A stretch of 61,880 nt of DNA, the filler included. It is 6 parts of 6 records of this genome, joined end to end, with 100 filler letters (N's around TTAATTAATTAA, not from the genome) between each part and the next. Parts side by side here need not be neighbours in the genome. Positions count along the whole stretch, not along the records: positions 1 to 14,839 come from SRR31156797_10418; positions 14,940 to 24,666 come from SRR31156797_10423; 4 more parts are not named here. One strand, written 5' to 3'. The notes beneath the pieces are model-generated. The model saw nothing but the letters and a program-made list of their open reading frames with translations, had not been told where the DNA came from and did not search any database. The number at the start of each line of letters is the position of its first letter. Position 1 is the first letter of the stretch. The position numbers and the translations under genes are program-made. Shown here one piece after another: positions 9,775 through 19,590 of this stretch.

Positions 9775-10698
9775 TTAACCCAGTAACGTGTTTACTTTTG
9801 ATACCCCTTCAGCACTCGTCATTAATTTGGCTTTTTCAGCCTCTGAGAGTTCTATTTCAACGATCTTTTCAATACCATTTTTACCAATAACACAGGGAAC
9901 ACCGATTGAAATATCGTTTAGTCCGAATTCTCCCTCAAGTAGTGCAGAACAAGGGAACATTTTCTTTGAATCAAGAGCAATAGCTTTTACCAACTCTGAT
10001 ACTGCAGCACCAGGAGCGTACCATGCACTGGTTCCTAGAAGTTTCGTTAATGTTGCACCTCCAACTTTTGTTGCTTCAACAACTTCAGCTTGTTTTTCTT
10101 CGCTTAAAAATTCAGTAACCGGAACACTGTTGCGAACAGCTTTTTCGATAAGAGGTACCATGCCGGTATCGGAGTGGCCACCAATTACCATTCCTTCAAC
10201 GTCTGATTGTGGGCAATCTAAAGCTTCAGCTAATCTGTATTTAAAACGTGCGCTATCTAAAGCACCACCCATACCAATGATTCGGTTTTTAGGAAGACCA
10301 GTAGCCTTGTGTGCCAGATAAGCCATTGTATCCATTGGATTACTAACTACAATAATGATTACGTTTGGCGATTCCGCAATTAATTTCTCTGCAACATCTT
10401 TTACAATGCCAGCATTGATCCCAATCAACTCTTCGCGAGTCATACCTGGTTTGCGAGGAATACCACTTGTAATTACGGCAACATCACTACCAGCTGTTTT
10501 TGAGTAATCGTTTGTTGAACCAACAATTGTAGAATCGAAACCATTCAACGAAGCAGTTTGCATTAAATCCATTGCCTTGCCTTCAGCAAAACCTTCTTTG
10601 ATGTCAATCAATACAATTTCTTCTGCAAAATCTTTAATAGCTATGTATTCTGCGCAACTAGCGCCTACTGCTCCTGCTCCAACTACTGTTACTTTCAT
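9775..10698 (-). CDS. mdh: Malate dehydrogenase (LDH-like)
   Basis: KVTVVGAGAVG, PRKPGMTREEL, SNPMD, LDSARF and GGHSD; start MKVTVV at 10698. Confidence 0.95.
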   Translation of the reverse strand: MKVTVVGAGAVGASCAEYIAIKDFAEEIVLIDIKEGFAEGKAMDLMQTASLNGFDSTIVGSTNDYSKTAGSDVAVITSGIPRKPGMTREELIGINAGIVKDVAEKLIAESPNVIIIVVSNPMDTMAYLAHKATGLPKNRIIGMGGALDSARFKYRLAEALDCPQSDVEGMVIGGHSDTGMVPLIEKAVRNSVPVTEFLSEEKQAEVVEATKVGGATLTKLLGTSAWYAPGAAVSELVKAIALDSKKMFPCSALLEGEFGLNDISIGVPCVIGKNGIEKIVEIELSEAEKAKLMTSAEGVSKVNTLLG

Positions 10699-11093
10699 TT
10701 TATTAGTGAGTTTTATTGTTATAAAATTGTTTCTTCTCTTAAACAATTAATAGTCAAATTGTTTTAAGGTACGCAAAGATAAATTATTTTCTGTATGACG
10801 GAAATAAATTATAGCACCCTAAATCGGTTTAACAATTAGGTAAAAGATATGTTAAAGGGTGTGAAAAAGCATATTGTTTCCTTAATTATTATCTACAAAA
10901 TGAGGCTTGAAAAAGATGGCTAAGGATTGCCTGATACAATTGAAAATTGTACTTATCCAAGCGATTATATTATGTGGATTGAATTTTAGCGGTTTTTGGT
11001 GGTGGTACTCGTTTACCCTACTGACATTTGTTTGGCTTGACAGGCAGGCATTAAATCTTTAACCAATGTATTTTAGTGCATAATGTTTATGCT

Positions 11094-13268
11094 TTAATTA
11101 AACCAATACGTCATTTTTAAAACCACTGCCCGGTTTCTGGAATTCCAGTTATCGGTAAAATAATTGTCGGTGTATACAAGGTAAATATCTGAAACGGGTT
11201 GATAACGCCACTGGAAACGAGAGTTAACATTCAGGTTTTCTATTTGTTTGTTATACTGCACAAACGTTGACCAAAATATTTTATCGGTAAATGTGATATC
11301 CATTTTTGGGCCAATCAGCCAAAACTTTTCCCGATCGAACGGATCTCCTAAATCCATATCGGTATAGTTGAAATTCATGGTTAGGTTTACATAAGGCTGA
11401 AATCGGTAACCAAGTTCTCCTTCCACATATTGAATGTTGCCGCTATAGTATCCTCCTTTAACAGCCTCCATTTCCCACGTAAATAATGATTTACGGGTTG
11501 ATTCATATTCAATAGCGAATACCCCATAGTCGAATTCTGATCCTTCAGCTAAATAATGGGTTGGATCCTGAGTAGGATTAAAATTGCGTCGTAAAGTAAC
11601 AAAGTGGTCGGTGTAACCAAAACTTAATCCGGATCGGTTTTTAAACTGAAAATTGTAGGAGAATTCGTATTCTGTTTCAATTTTATCGAAATTCTGATTA
11701 AAGTAATTGTCAATCGAAACTTTAGGACCGTGGCTTACAATCTTTTGATTTGGCACAAAAGTATACGCCAGAAAACCACCTAAAAAATTATACCCTGTAC
11801 GTTTAACATAGCCCACTTCAGCCAGGTAATTCTCGCCAACCGAAGTTTCGTATAAACCTGCCTTAACATGTTGGGTACTATACTTTAAAGAAGCTCCCTG
11901 GGCATATTGTTTATCCGGATTTTCCGGTTGGAAAGAACGATGAAAGAAGAATTTACCATCCCAAACATTATCTTTACTGGCCAGGTTGTAGTCGAAACCA
12001 ATAACACGATTGTACATGTTTGTGTCTGAGGGTACATCTAAATATTCTTTGTTTACTGCAATTATCCCAAGATTTGAACGAGCAAATACCTTTTTCTGAA
12101 CCGATGCTACTGTAAAGTTTCGAGCCAAAAGATCGCTGGTTTTTTCAGTTGTCATGCTCATAAGTCCAATCCTCCAGTCGTTACCAATCTTTCCACTTAA
12201 ACGTGCTCCTGCCAGTACCGGGGCATCCAGGCCAATTCTTCTTGAAAAGAATGGGGTGAGGGTGTGTGAATAACCATAGTTTGCGAACAAATCGCTATTC
12301 TCCAAAAAAAACTGACGCTTTTCGGGGAAAAACAATTCAAACCTGTCGATGTTTGTAACCTGTTTGTCAACTTCTACCTGGGCAAAATCAGGATTATAAG
12401 TTAAATCCAGTGTCATGGCCGACGAAATACCAATTTTAACATCAAATCCAAAATCCTTATCATAACTTGTTGCTGTTTCTGCCTCAAAATCTTTTGAAAT
12501 ACCTCCTAAAATGTAAGGGATTAAAGAAAATTGAGTCCTGGCCTTTGGAAGAGGTTCTTCAAATTTCATTACACCAGTATAGGCTAATGTTGAAGTAGAA
12601 AATTGTCTTGGAACCGGTGCCCAGGCTGATTTCTCATTCGATTTTAAATCGAGTCGGCTAAAGTTTACATTCCATCGGTTACTGGCCTTTGGGTAACGTA
12701 TCGATTTAAAAGGAATGCGCATCTCGGTTACCCAGCGGTCGGGATAATGTTTTGTTTTAGATTCCCATTTGCAGTCCCAATGTAACGAAATATCATTTCC
12801 GTCATTCATTGTTCCGTCCCATTTGGCTCCCGATGCCGAGATTCCAAACGTAAATCCATTGGTTTGATCGAGGAAAGTGTCGAAAAATATGAGAAGGTTA
12901 TCGTTACTTCCAAAACTAAAATCACGACGGTATGATTGCATTATACGTTTCCCCGGAATGGTATCATAAAATATCTGTGCAATATATAAAGCTTTCTCAT
13001 CGTAAGTCATTAATATTGTTGATGGCTGACTGGCTAAACCAGAATCAATTGGTAGAACCTTAAAAAACTTATCGGCCTTTTGGGCTGTTGTCCAATCTTT
13101 TTCCTCAATTATTCCATCAATTTTAATTGTCGATTTTAGCTTTTTTATGTGGTATACAAAATCTTTATTGAATGTATTTATGGCGGTATCGGCTTTTGAT
13201 TTTTTAAATCCTTCTGCGGCAACCACGCAGGTAAAAAACATAAATAGTAAAACCAAAGACAACTTCAT
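11094..13268 (-). CDS. DUF5916-type outer-membrane protein with N-terminal CBM9-like domain
   Basis: IKIDG...W, WVTEMRIPFKSIRY, NPDFAQVEVD and FFPEKRQFFLE; C-terminal LKMTYWFN. Confidence 0.8.
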   Translation of the reverse strand: MKLSLVLLFMFFTCVVAAEGFKKSKADTAINTFNKDFVYHIKKLKSTIKIDGIIEEKDWTTAQKADKFFKVLPIDSGLASQPSTILMTYDEKALYIAQIFYDTIPGKRIMQSYRRDFSFGSNDNLLIFFDTFLDQTNGFTFGISASGAKWDGTMNDGNDISLHWDCKWESKTKHYPDRWVTEMRIPFKSIRYPKASNRWNVNFSRLDLKSNEKSAWAPVPRQFSTSTLAYTGVMKFEEPLPKARTQFSLIPYILGGISKDFEAETATSYDKDFGFDVKIGISSAMTLDLTYNPDFAQVEVDKQVTNIDRFELFFPEKRQFFLENSDLFANYGYSHTLTPFFSRRIGLDAPVLAGARLSGKIGNDWRIGLMSMTTEKTSDLLARNFTVASVQKKVFARSNLGIIAVNKEYLDVPSDTNMYNRVIGFDYNLASKDNVWDGKFFFHRSFQPENPDKQYAQGASLKYSTQHVKAGLYETSVGENYLAEVGYVKRTGYNFLGGFLAYTFVPNQKIVSHGPKVSIDNYFNQNFDKIETEYEFSYNFQFKNRSGLSFGYTDHFVTLRRNFNPTQDPTHYLAEGSEFDYGVFAIEYESTRKSLFTWEMEAVKGGYYSGNIQYVEGELGYRFQPYVNLTMNFNYTDMDLGDPFDREKFWLIGPKMDITFTDKIFWSTFVQYNKQIENLNVNSRFQWRYQPVSDIYLVYTDNYFTDNWNSRNRAVVLKMTYWFN

Positions 13269-13450
13269 TCGAAACGGCTTTAATTGATTTAGGTATAAAT
13301 TGACGCCAGCAAAGATATTTAAATTGATAAATAATCAATCCAGCATTTGTCAGGATTAACAATCAATTGTTTTAGCATGTTTTTGTTTAAATGAAAAAGC
13401 CCCGACGGTTACCGCCGGGGCACAAAAAACAATGTTCAAGCATTGATTTG

Positions 13451-14806
13451 CTACAAGGTGATTGGAACACCGTTGTAGAAATCAAGTATTTTTGTACGGA
13501 AAATGTATTCGTATTTGGCTTGCAAATATTCCGACTGTGCATTGGTCATATTGGTTTTACTCTGATTGTATTCCACGGAATTAATCATTCCCACATTAAA
13601 CTTTTCCTCTGTGTAACGGAATGCTTCCTTCATCGATTCAACAGCTTTCTTGGAAGAGATGTACCGGTTAAATGATGCCAGGGCATTGGTATATACCAGC
13701 TCAATATCTTTGCGCAATACATTTCGGGCTTGTTGTAGCTGGTATTTGTAATCATCAATCTGCAATACTGAATTGTTAATGTTATTTTTTACCTGGAAGC
13801 GGTTAAAAATTGGTATACTAAGAGAAAACCCAAATCCGTATCGTCTGTTATTTTTAAGCTGATCCCCAAAATCGATTACCCCCAGTTCTTCTCCGGTTTC
13901 AAGATCGTATGATTTGTTTGCGTTACTATAGTCGGTATAATAGCTTGCCCCCATAGTTAAGGATGGATAGCGGTAGCCCTTAGCTATTTCCAGTTGTTTC
14001 AGAGCACTTTCTACCCGAAGTTGTGCTGCCTTGATCTCAGGACGCAAGTTTATTGCATTGTTGAATACATCAATTGCATTAATCATAGTCAGATTTGCTT
14101 TGATTTCGGGTAAGCTTGGTTTTTCAACTGAAAAGCTTTCAGCCATAGGAAGTTCCAGGTACTGAAAAAGATTTAAGTAGGATAGTTGCACGTTGTTTTG
14201 TGCATTTACCAGGTCCAGTTCTTCGCGAGCCTGTTGCGCTTCAATCTCCAGTAAAGCACCTTTGGCCGCACTCCCGGCTTCTACCAATTGTTTTGTTCTT
14301 TCAATTTGCTGTTTGGTTATTTCAATGGTTGCTTCAGCCACAAGTTCAATTTCTTCGGCAAACAGGATTTCAAGATACTCGGCAGCAATACCTAGCATTA
14401 TGTCATCTTTTGTTTTCTGTAGATCATACAACGTGGCTTCCAAATCAAGTTGGTTTTGTTTAACAGTATTGTTCAATGTCATCCCGTTAAATAAAGTGAC
14501 ATTGGCACTTAAGCTGCCTGAAACTCCAATTGAGTTTACATTGGTATAGATATTCCTGTTTGTTAATGAACGACCATAGTTGTAATTATTATCAATGCTG
14601 CCATTAAGGTTAGGAAGTTTGTCGTCCTTGGCTTGTTTTACCTGATTTTCGTAATACTGTGTATTTACTTTTTGTCGTTTAATCTGAATATTATTTTCTA
14701 GAGCATAGTCAAAGCATTTTTCTAAATCCCATTTGTTTTGGGCCTGCAAATTATTGGCAGTACTCAATAATAATATTCCCAGAAATAAGGCTAATAGACT
14801 TTTCAT
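13451..14806 (-). CDS. TolC-family outer-membrane efflux protein
   Basis: WDLEKCFDYALENN, two OEP repeats (LPNL, YPSL...IPIFN), AKYEYIFRTKILDFYNG. Confidence 0.9.
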   Translation of the reverse strand: MKSLLALFLGILLLSTANNLQAQNKWDLEKCFDYALENNIQIKRQKVNTQYYENQVKQAKDDKLPNLNGSIDNNYNYGRSLTNRNIYTNVNSIGVSGSLSANVTLFNGMTLNNTVKQNQLDLEATLYDLQKTKDDIMLGIAAEYLEILFAEEIELVAEATIEITKQQIERTKQLVEAGSAAKGALLEIEAQQAREELDLVNAQNNVQLSYLNLFQYLELPMAESFSVEKPSLPEIKANLTMINAIDVFNNAINLRPEIKAAQLRVESALKQLEIAKGYRYPSLTMGASYYTDYSNANKSYDLETGEELGVIDFGDQLKNNRRYGFGFSLSIPIFNRFQVKNNINNSVLQIDDYKYQLQQARNVLRKDIELVYTNALASFNRYISSKKAVESMKEAFRYTEEKFNVGMINSVEYNQSKTNMTNAQSEYLQAKYEYIFRTKILDFYNGVPITL

Positions 14807-14839
14807 ATTTATTGTTTTTTGTTTGCGACTAATTTACAT

Positions 14840-14939
14840 NNNNNNNNNNNNNNNNNNNNNNNNNNNNNNNNNNNNNNNNNNNNTTAATTAATTAANNNNN
14901 NNNNNNNNNNNNNNNNNNNNNNNNNNNNNNNNNNNNNNN
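14840..14939. other. Artificial contig spacer
   Basis: 100 bp: Ns flanking TTAATTAATTAA (stops in all six frames). Confidence 0.98.
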
Positions 14940-15456
14940 CAGCTTTTGCCTCTGGAGCAGCCTCTTCAGAAGCAGCTTCCTCTGCAGCAGCATTTAATTC
15001 AGCATTTTTCTCTGCAAGAGTTTTAGCGCGCTCTTCATTCACTTTACGTTCATGTTCTAAGCGATCCGCTTTCTCTTTTTCTTTCTGAGCCACTGTTTTA
15101 TCAGTTTCGTCCTGAATTTTAATTTGCTTTTCAGCTTTCCAGGTTTCAAACTTTTTGTCGGCAGTAGCCTGATCGAATGCACCCTTTTTAACACCTTTTA
15201 CAAGGTGGTGGTACATCATGACACCTTCCCTAGATAGAATGGAGCGACAAGTATCCGAAGGTTGTGCTCCATTTTGCAGCCACGATAATGCTTTATCAAA
15301 GTCCAGTTGTATACTAGCAGGATTTGTCATTGGATTATATGATCCAATTCTTTCGATATACTTACCATCTCGTGGCGCCCTGCTATCTGCTACTACTACG
15401 TAGTAGAAAGGATGATGTCTTCTTCCGTGTCTCTGTAATCTAATTCTTACTGGCAT
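14940..15456 (-). CDS. rpsP: 30S ribosomal protein S16 (long Bacteroidota form, 3' truncated)
   Basis: [12 protein letters not shown]...[33 protein letters not shown]. Confidence 0.97.
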
Positions 15457-15570
15457 AACATTATCGTTTAATTAAAAGTGCGGCAAAGGTAAAAATTTCT
15501 TTCTAAGAAAAATGATGTTTTAAGAATAATTTTCACTTTTTTTGCATTTAAAGACAGCTAGATAAAAATT

Positions 15571-16296
15571 ATGAAGCAAAACTACTACTATCTGGAAGAT
15601 AGTGACATAGGAAAAATCAAAATCATTAAGAAAACGGGGATCAAAAATTTCAATATCAGATTAAAACCTTTTGAACCTGTAACCCTTACTGCCCCTAATC
15701 GTGCATCAGAAAAGCAAATTATTAGTGTACTGACGCGAAAAAAGAGCTGGATTATTGATAAACAAAAAGTTAATGCAGAAATAGAAAAGTCACGAACTGT
15801 TTTTGATCATAACAGTATAATTAAGACATTCTCAAGTACATTTTCTATACAAAAAGGACAAACTGACCGGATTCAACTCAAAGGAACAAAACCTAATTAT
15901 ACCATACTAATACCTGAAAAAACCAACACAATATCTTCAGAATTTCAAAATGGCATCAGAAATATCATATCATTCGTACTTAGAACTGAAGCTAAAAAAC
16001 ATTTACCAAGAAGAGTTCAGGAGTTGGCAGATCAATTTGATTTTAGATATGGAAAATTAACTTTTCGTGATAACAAATCACGCTGGGGAAGTTGTTCATC
16101 TAGTGGCAACATTAGCCTAAACATACAATTAATGCGCTTACCCAAACATTGCATTGACTATGTGATAATCCACGAACTTTGTCACACTAAGCATCCCAAT
16201 CATGGGCCCGGTTTTAAAAACCTCTTATATGCAATCATGCCCCAGGCTCCACAAATAGAAAAAGAAATGAGAGCATACCGCACGCAAATATTTTAG
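15571..16296 (+). CDS. YgjP/DUF45-like zinc metalloprotein (SprT-like HExxH)
   Basis: KSRWGSCS and DYVIIHELCH...NHG motifs. Confidence 0.85.
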   Translation: MKQNYYYLEDSDIGKIKIIKKTGIKNFNIRLKPFEPVTLTAPNRASEKQIISVLTRKKSWIIDKQKVNAEIEKSRTVFDHNSIIKTFSSTFSIQKGQTDRIQLKGTKPNYTILIPEKTNTISSEFQNGIRNIISFVLRTEAKKHLPRRVQELADQFDFRYGKLTFRDNKSRWGSCSSSGNISLNIQLMRLPKHCIDYVIIHELCHTKHPNHGPGFKNLLYAIMPQAPQIEKEMRAYRTQIF

Positions 16297-16298
16297 TA

Positions 16299-17063
16299 AT
16301 GTCAACATTTTTGAAATCCTTACATAGCAAATATCACCCATCATGGGATGCATTTTTAACTGAAGAAATTATCTCGGAATTAACTCATATTGAATCGATT
16401 ATATCTAATTCGAATTACACACCTCCTACTGAAAGGGTTTTGCATTTTCTTACGTTGGATTTGGCGAAAATTAAAACGATAATACTGGGGCAGGACCCAT
16501 ATCCACAGGAAGGAGTGGCCACAGGAAGAGCATTTGAAGTGGGTACACTAGCAGATTGGAATCAATCATTCAGGAATGTCTCTTTGAAAAATATTGTTCG
16601 GCTTATTCACTATACCTATAATAAAGAAATTAAATCATACAAGGAGGTAATTTCATTAAACAACAATAATCTTCAGATTTTGCCTCCCAATAAGTTATTC
16701 AAAGACTGGGAAGAGCAAGGAGTTTTATTACTAAACACAGCATTTACATGTACAATAGGAGAAAGTGCCAGCCATAGCAAAAAATGGAAGAACTTCTCAA
16801 TAAAATTACTTCAATTTATTGCAACCAACTACCCTGATATACATTGGATTCTATGGGGAAATCATGCACAACAAATTACTTCAAACTTATCTTTGAAAAA
16901 TAAAGTTCAATCTAACCATCCTATGATGTGTAGTAAAAAAAGCGATAAAGATTTTCTGTTTGGCAAGGTAAATACATTTGAGGCTACAAAGCATTTGGTG
17001 GATTGGAGAGGTGATTCAAAAAATTCAAACATCAAATATAAGCAAGCTGCAATTGTATGGTAA
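16299..17063 (+). CDS. ung: Uracil-DNA glycosylase (family 1)
   Basis: ILGQDPYP, QGVLLLN, ILWG and NHP motifs. Confidence 0.85.
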   Translation: MSTFLKSLHSKYHPSWDAFLTEEIISELTHIESIISNSNYTPPTERVLHFLTLDLAKIKTIILGQDPYPQEGVATGRAFEVGTLADWNQSFRNVSLKNIVRLIHYTYNKEIKSYKEVISLNNNNLQILPPNKLFKDWEEQGVLLLNTAFTCTIGESASHSKKWKNFSIKLLQFIATNYPDIHWILWGNHAQQITSNLSLKNKVQSNHPMMCSKKSDKDFLFGKVNTFEATKHLVDWRGDSKNSNIKYKQAAIVW

Positions 17064-17139
17064 GATAAAGTATGCTAAATTTATAACTTTCACACTTTAC
17101 TTCATTTAATTACTAAATAAGTAAATAAATCTTATTATT

Positions 17140-17646
17140 ATGAAAAAAGCTTTTATAATTCTTATAGCTTCTTTAAGCCTTTTCTCCTGTTATAATAAAA
17201 ATAAACCTGTAGTAAACAAATTCAACTGGGCTACCAGAAAAGCAACAAAAGTCGAACTTTCCGAATTAGCCACAGGTAAATCCTATTTACCTGTTTACTC
17301 TCATATCTATCATAGATTTGAACAATCCACTTTTAATCTTACCATTACAGTTAGCATTCGAAATGTTTCTGATAGTGATACTCTTTATCTGGAAAAAGCA
17401 GATTACTATAACACCAATGGAGTCAAACTCAGAGAATATTTACAATTCCCTGTTTATTTGACTCCCCTTGAGACTATTGAAATTGTAATAGAAGAAGACG
17501 ATATTGAAGGAGGTTCGGGCGCCAATTTTATTTTTAATTGGGCTATTGAGAATGATAAAAACCAGCCTCTCTTTGAAGCCGTAATGATTTCAACTTCAGG
17601 TCAGCAAGGATTATCTTTTTCAACAAGAGGGGTTCGTGTAGAATAA
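17140..17646 (+). CDS. DUF3124-family lipoprotein
   Basis: Lipobox LFSC; YLPVYSHIY, GGSGANFI and QQGLSFSTRG. Confidence 0.8.
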   Translation: MKKAFIILIASLSLFSCYNKNKPVVNKFNWATRKATKVELSELATGKSYLPVYSHIYHRFEQSTFNLTITVSIRNVSDSDTLYLEKADYYNTNGVKLREYLQFPVYLTPLETIEIVIEEDDIEGGSGANFIFNWAIENDKNQPLFEAVMISTSGQQGLSFSTRGVRVE

Positions 17647-17774
17647 AGTAAAATATGACCCAGATACTTTATTAAAGGTCTAAACCACAGTAATATAAAG
17701 TTAATATATTATAAAAAGCTGCTCAGCATAATCAAAGTAGATTTTGCTTCTGATTTTATAATTTACAACTCACC

Positions 17775-18623
17775 TTAAATAACTAACCTTTCAGCTGATT
17801 CAAGTTGCTCAAGATCGAAAACAACTATAGCTAACTCAGGAGGCTCAAGTGCTGCTGAAAATAATATTGTTTCCCCAATTTTATCTCTCCAACTGCCCGT
17901 TATTCTTGATGATTCATGTATATGCCCATGTAAAGTTAGCAAAGGTTGTTTTTCTTCAATAAAACGCTGAATAGCAATACTGCCAACATGTACATCAACA
18001 GATACATGATCAACGATTACACCATCCAAAGCGGCCCTGTCAAGTTTCGTTTTATAGGGGGGCGAATGAAATAAAAAAATTGCCCTTTCCAAACTGTCAT
18101 CTCCTGCCAACACCTTCAAATCTTTAGCAATAGTGGCAAACTTTATATCTTCCGTTTCTTCAACTGACCTCATCCCTTCAGTAGGATGCACACAACCAGG
18201 ATCCACATATTGCGATACATCATATCTTTCCCAATCTTTTAATAAAAAGGGTGTAGGAGGAATATTGGTATATCCATAAAATGTATAACCATTAAAATCT
18301 ATTTTCTTGTTATGAAGATATTCCCACAAGTCATCTTCTTGCGCCTTCAAAAATTTTTGCTCTTCTATTTTAGGGTCATCATTTCCTAATATGATAAATA
18401 TTTTAGGGTATTGACCTTTTAGTTCTGTTTTAAGCTCTTTGAACGTAGGGATCAAATAATCAACAATGAAGTCATCATATTCTGCTTGTATAAATGAACT
18501 AAGATTTGGTAAAATATCGCCGCCAATAAATAAAATTGCTGGTCGAATAGCCTTGATGTGTTTTATCAAATTTTCATATCGATCAACTTTTCCATGCAAA
18601 TCCGAAACAAATAAACACTTCAT
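17775..18623 (-). CDS. Calcineurin-like metallophosphoesterase (Icc-related)
   Basis: SDLHG, GGDI, GNDD, FHSPP and HGHIHE motifs. Confidence 0.88.
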   Translation of the reverse strand: MKCLFVSDLHGKVDRYENLIKHIKAIRPAILFIGGDILPNLSSFIQAEYDDFIVDYLIPTFKELKTELKGQYPKIFIILGNDDPKIEEQKFLKAQEDDLWEYLHNKKIDFNGYTFYGYTNIPPTPFLLKDWERYDVSQYVDPGCVHPTEGMRSVEETEDIKFATIAKDLKVLAGDDSLERAIFLFHSPPYKTKLDRAALDGVIVDHVSVDVHVGSIAIQRFIEEKQPLLTLHGHIHESSRITGSWRDKIGETILFSAALEPPELAIVVFDLEQLESAERLVI

Positions 18624-18626
18624 TCG

Positions 18627-19454
18627 CTATTCAATCTTTTTTAATAACCTCGCAGAATTATTCACATTTCCGATCATTACAGCAAAACTTGTTTTTTTCA
18701 CAATATCGTTGTCTGTTATCAAATGTAAATCAACAAGTCCATCAGCATCCCTGTAACCGGTTTTCGCATAATTAATTTCTTCTAAAGCATAGCTCCATCC
18801 TTTAATCCATGATTTCAATAATTTTTCTTGAAATTCATCACCAATAAAATGCACCATTAAATCAATATCACTGGCAGGACCGGCGTTAGCATCCTTCGTA
18901 CTTCCTATTATATAAATAGCACGAATCCCATAATATTTTAAATCTGTTGTGGAGGCAATCCTTTCAGCCATATTATACCTCCATTTCCAGTATTCATCTT
19001 TATGTTCTACTAAATACCTACTGCAATTATTATCTTGATTATCAGATAAACACTCAATTGTTTTTTCTAATCTATCATAAAAAATAAACTGTCCTATACG
19101 TGTAGCAATTGTGTTCAATAGCTTTTGTTCTTCGGGCAAAAACGATTCTTTCTTGTATGGCAAATCTTTATAAAAAACTTTAATTTCCCCAACAGTTGTA
19201 TTATCAACAACTATGTCTGCGGAAATATTTATATCTGTTGCTCTGTCCTCTTTATCAAAAAAGGTATCGTTTTCATAATTTATTATTGAGTGGCAAAATT
19301 TAGGAATTTCCCATCCATCAGGAATAACCTTTACAATTCTATTAAATATTTCATCATAACCATTACATTGCCCTTTCAAAATATTCTCAACTTCATATAA
19401 GCATTGAAGTTCTTTTTCCCGTTCCTGAAGTGGTTTTATTGCAGGTATGTTCAT
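18627..19454 (-). CDS. GAF-like domain plus Pol-beta-superfamily nucleotidyltransferase domain protein
   Basis: IYIIGST...SDIDLMVH (hGS-x-DhD) and later VDLHL; N-terminal LQEREKELQCLY...GEIKVFY...FLPEEQKLL GAF-like segment. Confidence 0.7.
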   Translation of the reverse strand: MNIPAIKPLQEREKELQCLYEVENILKGQCNGYDEIFNRIVKVIPDGWEIPKFCHSIINYENDTFFDKEDRATDINISADIVVDNTTVGEIKVFYKDLPYKKESFLPEEQKLLNTIATRIGQFIFYDRLEKTIECLSDNQDNNCSRYLVEHKDEYWKWRYNMAERIASTTDLKYYGIRAIYIIGSTKDANAGPASDIDLMVHFIGDEFQEKLLKSWIKGWSYALEEINYAKTGYRDADGLVDLHLITDNDIVKKTSFAVMIGNVNNSARLLKKIE

Positions 19455-19590
19455 ATTTATCCGTTGTAATTGAATTTTAAAATATTAAAGATAAGGCGTT
19501 TTCATAAAAATTTCCAATAAAATTTTGAAAACCCCTAAACGAAAACAGACATCAATTACCCGACTAAAAAACGATAATCCATAATATTCT

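Noticed and set aside
9788-10321. 177-aa ORF antisense to mdh (likewise 23040-23396 opposite trxA and 35898-36308 opposite the MCP)
   Set aside because: Mirror frames of conserved genes with no independent evidence.
14884-14895. TTAATTAATTAA palindrome recurring five times
   Set aside because: Always centred in N-runs of identical length; an assembly linker, not biology. ORF-track tails ending XXXLIN are artefacts of it.
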